Shown here piece by piece: positions 38,494-48,178 of a stretch of 64,000 nt of DNA. Source of the DNA: Candidatus Pacearchaeota archaeon (lineage in GTDB: Archaea > Nanobdellota > Nanobdellia > Pacearchaeales > GW2011-AR1); NCBI GenBank assembly GCA_964202455.1, contig CAXNIJ010000003.1:43352-107351 (forward strand), read 5' to 3'. Position numbers and translations under genes: made by a program. The notes under the pieces are model-generated. The model was not told where the DNA came from, searched no databases, and was given only the letters and a program-made list of their open reading frames with translations. Position 1 is the stretch's first letter. Each line of letters starts with the position of its first letter.

Positions 38494-41268
38494 ATGATAA
38501 ATTTTAGAAAAATTGTATCGGTGTTGACAAGCGCAGCAATGCTTGGCTCAACAGTCGCATTGGCAACAGCAGCTAGTTATCCACAACCTTTCGTAAAGAA
38601 TGGTATGGCTGATGTAGCTGTCGTTTATGGTTCAACTGCCCTAGGCACAACAGATATTGTTGCCGCTATGGACATTAACAATAAGTTGACAACGCAATTG
38701 TTGAAAGAAGCTATTGTAAAGCCAAGTAGTTCAACAAGTTCAGTCACAACAACTGGAGGAGATTCGATTTCTCTTGCAGGAACTAATAGCATTTATGCTT
38801 ATAGTAGTCTTAATTCTGGTCGGACTTCATTGACCGATAATCAATTAAGTACACTCCTCGCAGGAGGATCAGCAACAGATGCATCTGGAACGAAATATGG
38901 ATTCACACAAAGCATAGTTCCGGGAAATACTCAATTAACTTTCGGAAATAGCCAGAGTGAAGCTATTGATCCTTCTCCTATGATTCAAATAGGAACAAAT
39001 CCAGATGTAGCTGATAGTACTGGTTCAGGTCCAATCTTTAACTATACACTTTCATTTACCAAATCCATCAACGTTTCTGATTCTACAAACGTTCAAGGAT
39101 ATTCTTCGATTAAAATTCTCGGAAGAGAATATATTGTCGGAGCAAGTTCTTCCGGAACAGATCTATATCTCTACGGAAGTGGTCAAAGCGCAAGTGTTGA
39201 AGAAGGAGAAACCAAGACAGTAACATTCAAAGATAAAGAACACACAATTTCTTTGAAAGGAACTTCTTCATCAACAGCAGCTACAGTAATAGTTGATGGT
39301 GTATCCAAGGCAGTGAATAAGGGAGCGAGTTATTCCTTCCCAGGAGACTTTAATATTTATATTAAAGATCTATTCCATGCTACCAAAACTGGAACATTAT
39401 CTAACGCACAATTGTTGCTCGGAGCAGACACCATTCATCTCGTGAATAATTCACAAGTGAAATATGGTGTAGATGATACTACTGTACAAAATACAAGATC
39501 AGTTATCTCAAGTAATGGAAATGCAGTAAGTAAAATTGTCATATCTCAAGCTTCTAAAGATAGCACAAGAGACTATATATTGGCAGGAGAGTCATTTACG
39601 GATAGAGTATTTGGAGGTGTAAAAATAAATTTTGCATCTTTAGACCCTAGCCTAAACTCTTCTTCAAGACAGAATCTCGTTATTGATACTGACAATTCAG
39701 TCTCTGCAAGGATTCTTGTTGATACTGCTCTTAATGGTAAGAAGAAAAATGGAGATGCAGTTACTCCAGCCGCAATCACGTTCGCACGTGATGGAGACGG
39801 TATTTCGGACACTGCATTAAAATTTGTAAATCTTACTAGAAGTAGTACTGCAAAAATATCGAATGCAGAAGGCCAAAATATTACTGTAAACGATTGGGTT
39901 ATGGTAAATGCTGGAGACAACGGACGTATTCTCGAATTAACCTCTGTAGGTGCAGGAACATCCGCAACAGATAAAACTGTTTTCAAGGATATCTGGACTG
40001 GAGATGAATTTGAGTTTACAACTGGAGTTACTAATGGTACTTCAAATACTATTGATGCTGCAACATATTATGTTGCTACGACTGCAACCGGAGGTAATGG
40101 GCGATCTGCAAATATTACCTGGGGACCAGGAGCAACAGTAGGAAGCTTTGGTACACAAAGAACAGTTTTCCCACGAATCAAATTGAAGAATGGAGGATGG
40201 TTTACCATTCTAAGTTCTTTCGTCTTTAACAACCAGACTGCATATTCTCTACCTGGAGTTGACTCACTTTCAGGATATGAAAGTGGATCAGCACTATCGC
40301 ATAACTCGACGGCAAACGCCTCGTTTAATACGTTATCTGGGAAAGTGAATTATACAGTTAATTGGAAAGGTCAAATTGGAAACGTTTTAGGATATACAAA
40401 TCCAATGTTTTTGGCTAGCAATTATAGCGTAGACATTCCAGGTGCTGGAAGTTATTCACTTGGTGAATTGAACAATGTCACAATTGGAGGATCAAATTGC
40501 GATCTTAACAGAACAGCAATTCTCTTCCAAGAACCTAAAACGACAGTTGGTTCAGGAAGCACAAATGGAGACGTATTTTGCATTCCAATTACAACAGAGG
40601 GAACAACTACAGTTATGCCTTCAATAGGCACACCTGTTTCTTCAGATAATAATGTTACAACTCTAGTATCATTGAACTCAGTAAACACTAAGTCCCAGGG
40701 TCTCTCGACCTTCGGCACCTTAGTAGAGTTAGATAGTACTCAGAATAATATTGTTAAATTGTCGAGCCCATCAAGTCAGATGGTTGCAACTATTTTAGTT
40801 GCAGCTCCTTCAACCACTGTAACAGGTGGTTCAAGCAGTTCTGAAAGTTCTGGAGCAACAACTGTAACTACTGTGATGACCGTAATGGACTCAGAAGTTG
40901 CGAGTGTTTCTACAAAGAACTTGATTGTTGTTGGTGGAAGCTGTATCAATACCGTCGCAGCCAAATTGTTAGGAAGCACAACGCCACTATGTGGTGCTGA
41001 CTTCATGGCAAAGTCTGGCGCAGGCGCAGGATCTTATGTCTTGCAGTCATTTGACAGTCCTTATACGACTGGAAAAGTCGCTACACTTGTAGCTGGCTAT
41101 AATGCTGCTGACACAACAAGCGGAGTCAAATTCTTAACTACCCAGGCAAACGTTGATGTTTCCCCAGGTAAGAAGTATTTGAACGGCGCAGTTGTAGATA
41201 CTACTGCTACTTTGAAGTCGACAACGACTACAACGGCAAATACAACGGCAAATACAATGGCTAAGTAA
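38494..41268 (+). CDS. S-layer (glyco)protein candidate
   Basis: 924 aa. It has a signal peptide (SAAMLGSTVALATAA), is Ser/Thr/Asn-rich with many N-x-S/T sequons, and has a C-terminal NLIVVGGSCINTVAAKLLG block like archaeal S-layer C-domains. GGAGG lies upstream, and a strong hairpin terminator lies downstream. Confidence 0.7.
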   Translation: MINFRKIVSVLTSAAMLGSTVALATAASYPQPFVKNGMADVAVVYGSTALGTTDIVAAMDINNKLTTQLLKEAIVKPSSSTSSVTTTGGDSISLAGTNSIYAYSSLNSGRTSLTDNQLSTLLAGGSATDASGTKYGFTQSIVPGNTQLTFGNSQSEAIDPSPMIQIGTNPDVADSTGSGPIFNYTLSFTKSINVSDSTNVQGYSSIKILGREYIVGASSSGTDLYLYGSGQSASVEEGETKTVTFKDKEHTISLKGTSSSTAATVIVDGVSKAVNKGASYSFPGDFNIYIKDLFHATKTGTLSNAQLLLGADTIHLVNNSQVKYGVDDTTVQNTRSVISSNGNAVSKIVISQASKDSTRDYILAGESFTDRVFGGVKINFASLDPSLNSSSRQNLVIDTDNSVSARILVDTALNGKKKNGDAVTPAAITFARDGDGISDTALKFVNLTRSSTAKISNAEGQNITVNDWVMVNAGDNGRILELTSVGAGTSATDKTVFKDIWTGDEFEFTTGVTNGTSNTIDAATYYVATTATGGNGRSANITWGPGATVGSFGTQRTVFPRIKLKNGGWFTILSSFVFNNQTAYSLPGVDSLSGYESGSALSHNSTANASFNTLSGKVNYTVNWKGQIGNVLGYTNPMFLASNYSVDIPGAGSYSLGELNNVTIGGSNCDLNRTAILFQEPKTTVGSGSTNGDVFCIPITTEGTTTVMPSIGTPVSSDNNVTTLVSLNSVNTKSQGLSTFGTLVELDSTQNNIVKLSSPSSQMVATILVAAPSTTVTGGSSSSESSGATTVTTVMTVMDSEVASVSTKNLIVVGGSCINTVAAKLLGSTTPLCGADFMAKSGAGAGSYVLQSFDSPYTTGKVATLVAGYNAADTTSGVKFLTTQANVDVSPGKKYLNGAVVDTTATLKSTTTTTANTTANTMAK

Positions 41269-41280
41269 AGTAACAAATAA

Positions 41281-41340
41281 TTTATTTTTATTTTTATTTT
41301 TTTATTTTCTAAGGGGGGCTTCGCGCCCCCCTATAATTTT
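41281..41340 (+). terminator. T-tracts plus GC hairpin terminator of the S-layer gene
   Basis: GGGGGGC-ttcgc-GCCCCCC forms a 7-bp all-GC stem (41313-41331) flanked by long T-runs. Confidence 0.6.
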
Positions 41341-41435
41341 AATTGCTCTTTTTTGTTAAAGAGGAGTTTGCAAAAATGCTAAACTTTTATATAGACTCCA
41401 GAAAGTTCTTTAAAGGGTAATTTCTTCTTAAACTC

Positions 41436-41981
41436 ATGAGGCATATTGAGACACAGATTCAAAAAGAAAAAAGAGAGCAAAATAGAAACAAATATATCGG
41501 TTTATTTCTTCTAGGAATTATGGTTCTTAGTACGGCAGGATACGCCCTTCTTTCATTTACTTCAACAGAACAACCCCCTTCAGATCCTTCTTCAGCAGAT
41601 GCATTTGGAAGATTTCCTTTATCAACCAATGGACAAACAATATATTTTACCTATCAACAAAAAGATGTAAATAATATCTCAATAAATATTAACACTACTT
41701 TAGGAGATTATAGGGGCAATACTTTATACGTTTCATCAGAAAATCAAGGTATTTTATACGAATTATCTTCAACAATTGGACGATTTGTTTCAAAACTACA
41801 AGAAGCTTGTTATGGTCAATGTGAGAAGAATCTTCCAGAAAAAAATTGTTCGCAGCCATTTATTGTCATGAAAGAATCTGAAGAAATTTTTCAGGTAACT
41901 CAAGAAAATCAATGCATTTTTGTTCAAGGAGATTTAAAGTCTCTAGATGCTTTTCTATATAAGATTTTTAAAGGGAATTAG
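41436..41981 (+). CDS. hypothetical membrane-anchored/secreted protein
   Basis: 181 aa. A basic N-terminus is followed by a TM (YIGLFLLGIMVLSTAGYALLSF). The body has 4 Cys. Confidence 0.45.
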   Translation: MRHIETQIQKEKREQNRNKYIGLFLLGIMVLSTAGYALLSFTSTEQPPSDPSSADAFGRFPLSTNGQTIYFTYQQKDVNNISININTTLGDYRGNTLYVSSENQGILYELSSTIGRFVSKLQEACYGQCEKNLPEKNCSQPFIVMKESEEIFQVTQENQCIFVQGDLKSLDAFLYKIFKGN

Positions 41982-42060
41982 TAATTTCCGTCGACAATAT
42001 ACCTGTCTAGTAGCGAAACCTTTAAAACGTCTAGATTCTAATCGCCTATAACCCAGTTAA

Positions 42061-42190
42061 GGTATTCTCTAGGCAGATATACTGCCTTCGCAGAATCTCT
42101 AGCGCGTTCAAGAATCATCAAGAATCTTTGTTCTTGAGTGCTCTCAAGAATAAGAAGATATTCTCGAGTTATTAAAAATGAATTCTTGAC
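42061..42190. repeat. hairpin-chain element C (TCAAG...CTTGA family, more degenerate)
   Basis: AGGCAG/CTGCCT hairpin at 42070-42086. Tandem TCAAGAATC x2 at 42107-42125. TCAAGAA/TTCTTGA at 42117-42136, then the 6-nt linker GTGCTC, then TCAAGAAT/ATTCTCGA at 42143-42166 (7 of 8 pairs). Confidence 0.35.
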
Positions 42191-42213
42191 ATGCCTAATT
42201 GTGTTCCAAAGAT

Positions 42214-42933
42214 ATGCCTACCAAAAAAAACATTAAAGAAAATACTCCTAAAAAAGAAGAATCTGCTAGCACTAGCTTAGAGAACTTAAATAATCCATTT
42301 AGCATTCAAGTAAAAAAAACAGAGTTAACTTGGATTTTAGGCGTAATGGTCTTTCTTTTAGTAGTTCTATTTCTAACATCTTATCTAGCAAAGAGTACAA
42401 ATTCATTCGTATATAAAACTCTCAAATTTGAAAAACAAATGTATGGCACTATACCTGTATTTGTTTATGGATACACTTTTAAAGATATCTCCGAGGGAAT
42501 AGTAAAAGAATATAGATATCAGTTACTCTTAAGGTTAGATCCAAGAAAAAATATGGTTCCAGTTGATGGAAATATTGATTTTCCATTTGAAAGACAAATT
42601 TACTTATCTCTAAATACTACTGGATTTGAAATTTGCCCTTCAGCCTCAAGAGATTTTGCAACGTTATCTGGATTTCTAGCTTCAAATCTCTTTAAAATTA
42701 GCACAGGTGTTCAAGATGCAAACGTGGCTACAGAATCAAATCTTTCACAAGTAACTTGTGAACTTTATCCTCAGAATACCGTAATATTATTACAAACCGC
42801 AAATAAAACTGAGATCAAGAAACTAAGTGGAGGATGTTTCGCGCTTAATATTGCAAACTGTGAAACTCTAGATATTGTAGAAAAATTCGAAGTCCAATCT
42901 CTTCTAGATTCTAAAAGCAAAAAATCTTCCTAG
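42214..42933 (+). CDS. hypothetical membrane-anchored protein
   Basis: The track ORF starts at TTG 42199; the first ATG is at 42214 (MPTKKN). It has one TM (WILGVMVFLLVVLFLTSYL). Confidence 0.45.
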   Translation: MPTKKNIKENTPKKEESASTSLENLNNPFSIQVKKTELTWILGVMVFLLVVLFLTSYLAKSTNSFVYKTLKFEKQMYGTIPVFVYGYTFKDISEGIVKEYRYQLLLRLDPRKNMVPVDGNIDFPFERQIYLSLNTTGFEICPSASRDFATLSGFLASNLFKISTGVQDANVATESNLSQVTCELYPQNTVILLQTANKTEIKKLSGGCFALNIANCETLDIVEKFEVQSLLDSKSKKSS

Positions 42934-43553
42934 TTATTTTTTCTATTATATATTATATAACTCAATATAACGATACCAGTTAATAATAATGTCCAAATTG
43001 TTAAATTTCCTAGGTTGTTTTTAATTAAATCAGAGTTCTGACCAAAAAACATCCCCAAATAAATAAGGACAATGTTCCAAATTCCTGCTCCAAGGGCAGT
43101 ATATACTAAAAATTTACCTCTAGCCATACGTGCAAAACCAGCTGGAAGAGAAATCAAGTGGCGAACAACAGGAAGTAATCTACCAACAAAAATAGTAATC
43201 TCTCCATGACTGGCAAAGTATTTTTCAGTTTTAATTAAAGAATTTTTTGTAACAAATATAAATTTTCCATATCTGCTAATAAAATGATCAAAAATTTTCC
43301 TTCCAAAAACAAGGGCAATATAATAGCAAATCAAAGAACCAACGATACTTCCAAGAGTAGACACAATAAATACCATCAAAGCCGATTGTTCACCGCGAGC
43401 AACAAGAACGCCTGCAGGAATAAGCACTGCTTCACTAGGTACGGGGATAATCGAGCTCTCTAAAGCCATCAGGATAAATATACCCAGATATCCTAGAGAT
43501 TCTATGACTTTAATAAGTGATTCAACTGCAGATGAAAGATACTCTCCGAACAT
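42930..43553 (-). CDS. DedA family membrane protein
   Basis: 207 aa. Motifs: ESSIIPVPSEAVLIPAG and GRLLPVVRHLISLPAG. Confidence 0.8.
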   Translation of the reverse strand: MFGEYLSSAVESLIKVIESLGYLGIFILMALESSIIPVPSEAVLIPAGVLVARGEQSALMVFIVSTLGSIVGSLICYYIALVFGRKIFDHFISRYGKFIFVTKNSLIKTEKYFASHGEITIFVGRLLPVVRHLISLPAGFARMARGKFLVYTALGAGIWNIVLIYLGMFFGQNSDLIKNNLGNLTIWTLLLTGIVILSYIIYNRKNN

Positions 43554-43600
43554 TTTATTTCTTCGCTTTCAAGGTTTATAGCTTTTACTAGGCGGGAAAT

Positions 43601-44125
43601 CTATTTTTTAGTTGCATTAAATAAATTCTTAAAATCATCGATAATGGGGATTGATTTTATCTTAAAAAGATAAACATTGAAAAACCAAAGTCCAATAACT
43701 AGAACGATACTAAAGAGATACCATGTCACTAAATGGAGAGCATTAGCAAGCTGAATGTATTCTGAAAACAGAAAGACAAATAGGATTAATCTTAAAATGT
43801 TAAGTATAAAAAATGAGCTGATAAGAAAAACTAGACTCTTCACTCGTTTTTCTAAAGACATGCTAGTGGTTAAATTTAAAATTAAAAGTAAGTAATATGC
43901 TGAACCTCCAATACATGCAGGAACAAGTGAGAAAACAATTTTCGAAGTCTCAATAGTTGCGGTAAGTGGAAGGAGGTTAGCCGAGCCAAATAGTTGAAGT
44001 ATCCAAAGCAACGGATATAAAGTTAGAGGAGTAAAAATCATGGGCAAAAGATTTGCTTGAAAGATAGTAATAACAAGTAGAGTAAAGTATCGAATTAAAA
44101 TTCCTCCAAAGTTCACATTTCTCAT
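43601..44125 (-). CDS. small exosortase/archaeosortase-family transpeptidase
   Basis: 174 aa and polytopic. Candidate Cys/Arg/His triad contexts: VPACIGGSAYY, NILRLILF, ANALHLVTW. Confidence 0.55.
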   Translation of the reverse strand: MRNVNFGGILIRYFTLLVITIFQANLLPMIFTPLTLYPLLWILQLFGSANLLPLTATIETSKIVFSLVPACIGGSAYYLLLILNLTTSMSLEKRVKSLVFLISSFFILNILRLILFVFLFSEYIQLANALHLVTWYLFSIVLVIGLWFFNVYLFKIKSIPIIDDFKNLFNATKK

Positions 44126-44175
44126 AAAGTATTAAATAATCCAGGCTTTAATAATATGATGTCCAAGAATTTTAT

Positions 44176-44397
44176 CTATTTAGTTTCAAACATTTGTTCC
44201 AAAACATTTGTCTTTCCTTTCTGAGGTATTCCGTTCTGGAAAATCGTTAACTTATTATTCCAATTATTTACTATTGCAATATCAATCGCCCCATTACCAT
44301 CAAAATCTGCCGCGACCATTGTAGGATGAGCTATACTTCGAAAATTATAAGTCCCAAAGTTAGTAAACGTGGGTATCTCTTGTGTCTTTACAACCAC
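44176..44397 (-). pseudogene. FG-GAP repeat fragment (gene remnant)
   Basis: A single FG-GAP/VCBS-like repeat (ADFDGNGAIDIAIVNNWNN). The only start is GTG. The frame stays open upstream for only about 14 codons before a TGA. There is no signal peptide. Confidence 0.4.
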
Positions 44398-44501
44398 CTC
44401 GGCATTTTTGTACAGACTTAATTGCGAATCTCTTCCACATCAAACATAAATTAAAGGAAGTAGAATAAGACTCAATAGAGACTTACAAGAATAGTTACCT
44501 T

Positions 44502-46514
44502 TTATCTTCGTGAGATTCTAACAGCAACTAAAATTATAAGTATCAAAAGCACTACATTCATTATTCCAACAACCCAAAGCAAAGTATTTCCGCCAAAGTC
44601 AAATCCCTTAGAGGTTGATTCTGGGAAAGTTACGCTAAATGTCTTTGTATCAGTTCTGTCAGAGACTGCTTCAATAGTCAAAGTCTGTTCGCCTTTAATT
44701 TCAGCTTTAGTTGATAATGTGAATGTTACTTCTTTACTTTGTCCAGGAGCTAAATCAATTATTCTAGCAGATGATTCGCTTAGTGTTGCCCACGAATCAA
44801 TTCCTTTTACACCAAGTGCATATTTAGCAGTGGTATTACCCAGATTTCTTATTGTAGACTTAATTACTACATTCTTTCCTGAGACAACTTCTGAATCAAC
44901 AGATGCAACTATTTCAGCTCTCTTTCCAGTTGTATCTATTGCTGCAGGGGTGCATCCAAATATCTTCAGTGGAACATTTGTATTTGAATCAGAAGAAAGG
45001 TCATATTCATCTTGACTTTTATCAAAGTTATAATCTGCTGACAATTCAAGATTGTAAGACTTATCAATAGCATTCTTTGGAACTACAAATGTGAATGATA
45101 CGCCTTTCTGTTTATCTCCAACATTAAGGTCTTTCTTTATTTCAAATTTCTGATTTACTCCAAGTTCACGATTAAATAGATTAACTCTTACTTGATCCTG
45201 TTTCTTAGTTCCAATATTATAAACATCAGTTGTTAGAACAACTGGATCTCCACAGATAGCTTGAGTAGGAGTAGTACGCATATTATCAAACAAGATATAT
45301 CTTCCTTCTTCCTTCTCATTCTCTACCTTAATAGGTTTGAAGTATGAACTTGATCCGAAGTCAGCAGCATTGTCATTGCAAACTTTTTCTTCTCCTTCAT
45401 CATCACTATAGGTCTTAACAGCCAATCTATAGTTTCCTTTTTCCATATCTGCAGGAACTCTGAATTCAAAAGTTGCTGTTTCAGAACCATCCCCGATATT
45501 TCCTATATCTGCTTGTTCTTTATCTTTATTGGTGAAAACTAAATCATCTACAACATTAACGCCGTTTTCATTGAAAAAGCCCATTTCAATAACAATATTA
45601 TCAGAATCTCGAACATTACTTTTTACTTCAACTTCAAATGTAATTTTATCAGCAGGTTTCCAAGTATCAATTTTCTCATTATATTCAGTGATATCTGCAT
45701 TTTTAATAGTTAAATTTGTACTGATTTGTCCATTAGAACAAAATGTCTTTCTAATATTATATCCTACATTAGCACTTGTACCATCTGAAGCACGAGCAGT
45801 AATAGTTGCGCTGTTCTCTCCGAAGTTAAGTTTACTTAAATCAGTATTAACATCTAAAGCTGTTCCAATAATTCCAGCTGCAAGGTTTTGAATAGTGCCA
45901 GAAGAGATAGTAACATTAAGACTTCCAGTTATATTGAAAACAATATTACTCAATAGAATATTACCTGTATTATTTAATGCAATTTTAGTTGAAGAAACTT
46001 TATAACTTAAAGCAGGAGATAACTGAACGATAGACAATGCAGGATTAGGAGTAACGGGAACAACATTAAGAGAGAATGAAAGGGGAGCAATAGTTACCAC
46101 AGAACCAGATGTACCATAAATTGCTGCAATATTTACAAGACCGTTATGTTTACCAACCACAGCATTTGAATTAACTTTAAACGTAAGTGCGATAACATTG
46201 CTGGAAGTTCCACTTGAGACCTTTCCAATGTATAAAACTTGATTATTACTTACTTGAACAGTTCCAGTTCCAATTTTAGCAGATTCAAATGAACCAATAG
46301 ATTGAAGGTTTGTTGGAAGATTGAATTTGATATTTTCTAAATCTTGATTAAATGTATTCTTAAGAACAAAAGTCATAACAACTGAGTTTCCTACAGTTAC
46401 GGTGCTAACATTATTAGTAACCTGATCAACATAGACATTAGCAGAATCTGCGCTAGCAAATCCTATAGCTAATAGAAGTGACGCCAAAACGAGTAAAGTT
46501 ATATTAAATTTCAT
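44502..46514 (-). CDS. large surface protein with signal peptide and C-terminal TM/basic tail (candidate sortase substrate)
   Basis: 670 aa. It has a signal peptide (LLLAIGFASA) and repeated CARDB/S-layer-domain-like beta segments. The C-terminus is GFDFGGNTLLWVVGIMNVVLLILIILVAVRISRR. Confidence 0.65.
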   Translation of the reverse strand: MKFNITLLVLASLLLAIGFASADSANVYVDQVTNNVSTVTVGNSVVMTFVLKNTFNQDLENIKFNLPTNLQSIGSFESAKIGTGTVQVSNNQVLYIGKVSSGTSSNVIALTFKVNSNAVVGKHNGLVNIAAIYGTSGSVVTIAPLSFSLNVVPVTPNPALSIVQLSPALSYKVSSTKIALNNTGNILLSNIVFNITGSLNVTISSGTIQNLAAGIIGTALDVNTDLSKLNFGENSATITARASDGTSANVGYNIRKTFCSNGQISTNLTIKNADITEYNEKIDTWKPADKITFEVEVKSNVRDSDNIVIEMGFFNENGVNVVDDLVFTNKDKEQADIGNIGDGSETATFEFRVPADMEKGNYRLAVKTYSDDEGEEKVCNDNAADFGSSSYFKPIKVENEKEEGRYILFDNMRTTPTQAICGDPVVLTTDVYNIGTKKQDQVRVNLFNRELGVNQKFEIKKDLNVGDKQKGVSFTFVVPKNAIDKSYNLELSADYNFDKSQDEYDLSSDSNTNVPLKIFGCTPAAIDTTGKRAEIVASVDSEVVSGKNVVIKSTIRNLGNTTAKYALGVKGIDSWATLSESSARIIDLAPGQSKEVTFTLSTKAEIKGEQTLTIEAVSDRTDTKTFSVTFPESTSKGFDFGGNTLLWVVGIMNVVLLILIILVAVRISRR

Positions 46515-46687
46515 GGTGGTTCAATTTGTGTTGTAACTTATCAATTACATCACTATATAAAGATTTCGGTTATAGAGTATCTAAATATCTTACGAAGAGT
46601 TTCTATAATTAGATTAGTTTTCTCCGTCGTAAACAAGATATACAAGCATTTAAATAAATATGCACACTAATAAAATTAGGTAAAAAC

Positions 46688-47071
46688 ATGGTGATTCGTT
46701 CACAAGAAAATTTGATTGGAGCAAGAGCGTTTCTTATAGGAGTCATTATAGCTGTTGCAGTAGGCATTCTATTCGGAGGAGGAATATTTGGAACTAAAAC
46801 CGATCCAATCATTATCTACATATTAGCTGCATTAGGAATTGTAGTGGGTGTTTTCGTTGCAGAAAAAGATGTTCAAACGTTTCTTCTTGCTTCAGTTTCG
46901 CTAGTTTTAGTATGTACTAGTGGAGTCTCTGGAAATAGTCTAGTAGCAAATATACAAGGATTACCTTTAAACACAATATTCACTTCAATTCTTAATTCAC
47001 TTCTAACGCTCTTTATTCCAGCTACAATTATTGTAGCCATTAAGACAGTGTTTTCTATTTCTAAGAGTTAA
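46688..47071 (+). CDS. small hypothetical membrane protein
   Basis: 127 aa with 4 hydrophobic segments. Confidence 0.45.
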   Translation: MVIRSQENLIGARAFLIGVIIAVAVGILFGGGIFGTKTDPIIIYILAALGIVVGVFVAEKDVQTFLLASVSLVLVCTSGVSGNSLVANIQGLPLNTIFTSILNSLLTLFIPATIIVAIKTVFSISKS

Positions 47072-47100
47072 CTCTTTGAACTAGTAAATGTTCTACTCTC

Positions 47101-47130
47101 AGAGAAGTTTAAGCCTTTGCAAACTTATCT
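47101..47130. repeat. conserved stem-loop AGAGAAGTTT-loop-AAACTTATCT (copy 1 of 3)
   Basis: 9 of 10 stem pairs. The loop AAGCCTTTGC is shared with copies at 52601-52680 and 55801-55830. It lies between convergent genes. Confidence 0.45.
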
Positions 47131-47223
47131 TCATTATCTTTTCTCACAGGCTTAACAAATAGGGTTTAAAAATCTAAGAAATAAGGCAAATCCTTACCAG
47201 AAAATACAAACCAAAAATAAAAT

Positions 47224-47601
47224 CTACTGTCCGATATAATCTGCTCTTTCTTTCTTCACGGGAGCAGTCTTATGAATCTGAGCAAATTTTGGAGTTGCAA
47301 TTATAATATTCTCTCCGAATCCAGCTATTGAGCCTTCAATAGCATCAACAGTCTTCTTTATCTTAGCAATAGCGCGCTTTAGTTCTACAACATCTTTAGA
47401 TTTAAGCATCTTAATATCTATAACTGCGATAGTATATCCATCTCGAAGAGCATTCAAAACATCAGTAATATCCTCAAATTGCCTCATAACAAAAGGCTTC
47501 ACAATCACCTTATTTTCGGTAGGCTCAGATGAATGAAGATCTATTTCAACATATTCATCAGACTCATTTTTACCAAAAATATTCTTGAAATTAAATGCCA
47601 T
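47224..47601 (-). CDS. sepF: cell division protein SepF
   Basis: 125 aa. The block is DUF552-like: VKPFVMRQFEDITDVLNALRDGYTIAVIDIKMLKSKD...RAIAKIKKTVDAIEGSIAGFGENIIIATP. Confidence 0.8.
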   Translation of the reverse strand: MAFNFKNIFGKNESDEYVEIDLHSSEPTENKVIVKPFVMRQFEDITDVLNALRDGYTIAVIDIKMLKSKDVVELKRAIAKIKKTVDAIEGSIAGFGENIIIATPKFAQIHKTAPVKKERADYIGQ

Positions 47602-47652
47602 AGCTAATCATCACGAATTGAGTTTATAAATATTGCTGTGATTTAAATGATG

Positions 47653-48000
47653 TTATGCTCTGGATTTCTTTGCGCCCATAGAAGAGTTAATTTCACTACG
47701 TAGTTTCTGAGATTTTTCTCCGACGAGGCTTTCTTGCTTATCGAGAGATTTCATACGTAATTCAAGAATTTTCTTCCTTTCTTCTAAATCTGAAACAGCC
47801 GTTTTTTTATCGGCAAGAATCATAACTCCAGAAAGAACCTTATAGACTTCTCCACTAGATTTCTTAACTTCTTCAAAGGCTTGAGAAACTTCATTAATGT
47901 CAACTTGAATATTTTGCCTTTCTATCAAAAGTTGCTGTAAATTCTGCTCAAGAACTTGTAAATCTTGAATCTGTTGTTCCATTCCTTGATTAGTGCTCAT
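47653..48000 (-). CDS. pfdB: prefoldin beta subunit
   Basis: 115 aa. Coiled coil, then the VYKVLSGVMILADK hairpin, then coiled coil. Confidence 0.8.
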   Translation of the reverse strand: MSTNQGMEQQIQDLQVLEQNLQQLLIERQNIQVDINEVSQAFEEVKKSSGEVYKVLSGVMILADKKTAVSDLEERKKILELRMKSLDKQESLVGEKSQKLRSEINSSMGAKKSRA

Positions 48001-48134
48001 TCTGCTTTAATTTTCACAATCTGCATTCTAGGTTTATAAAATATTTTAGATCCGCAGTGAGGACAAACAAATCTTTTCTCAAGAACTTTACTGCTTATAG
48101 GTTTACTACATTTGAAACATTTATATTGTGCCAT
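47997..48134 (-). CDS. rpoP: DNA-directed RNA polymerase subunit P (Rpo12/RPABC4)
   Basis: Own translation (below the track cutoff): MAQYKCFKCSKPISSKVLEKRFVCPHCGSKIFYKPRMQIVKIKAE. It is 45 aa with a CxxC...CxxC zinc ribbon. Its TGA overlaps the pfdB ATG. Confidence 0.8.
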   Translation of the reverse strand: MAQYKCFKCSKPISSKVLEKRFVCPHCGSKIFYKPRMQIVKIKAE

Positions 48135-48178
48135 AAGTATTCGTGATTTTGAAGATTTTTAAACCTGTTGGTAGGTCA

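Noticed and set aside
39573-41006. Three minus-strand ORFs (137, 88, 76 aa) inside the S-layer gene
   Set aside because: They are antisense to a long, well-supported ORF with a signal peptide and RBS, and are compositional artefacts.
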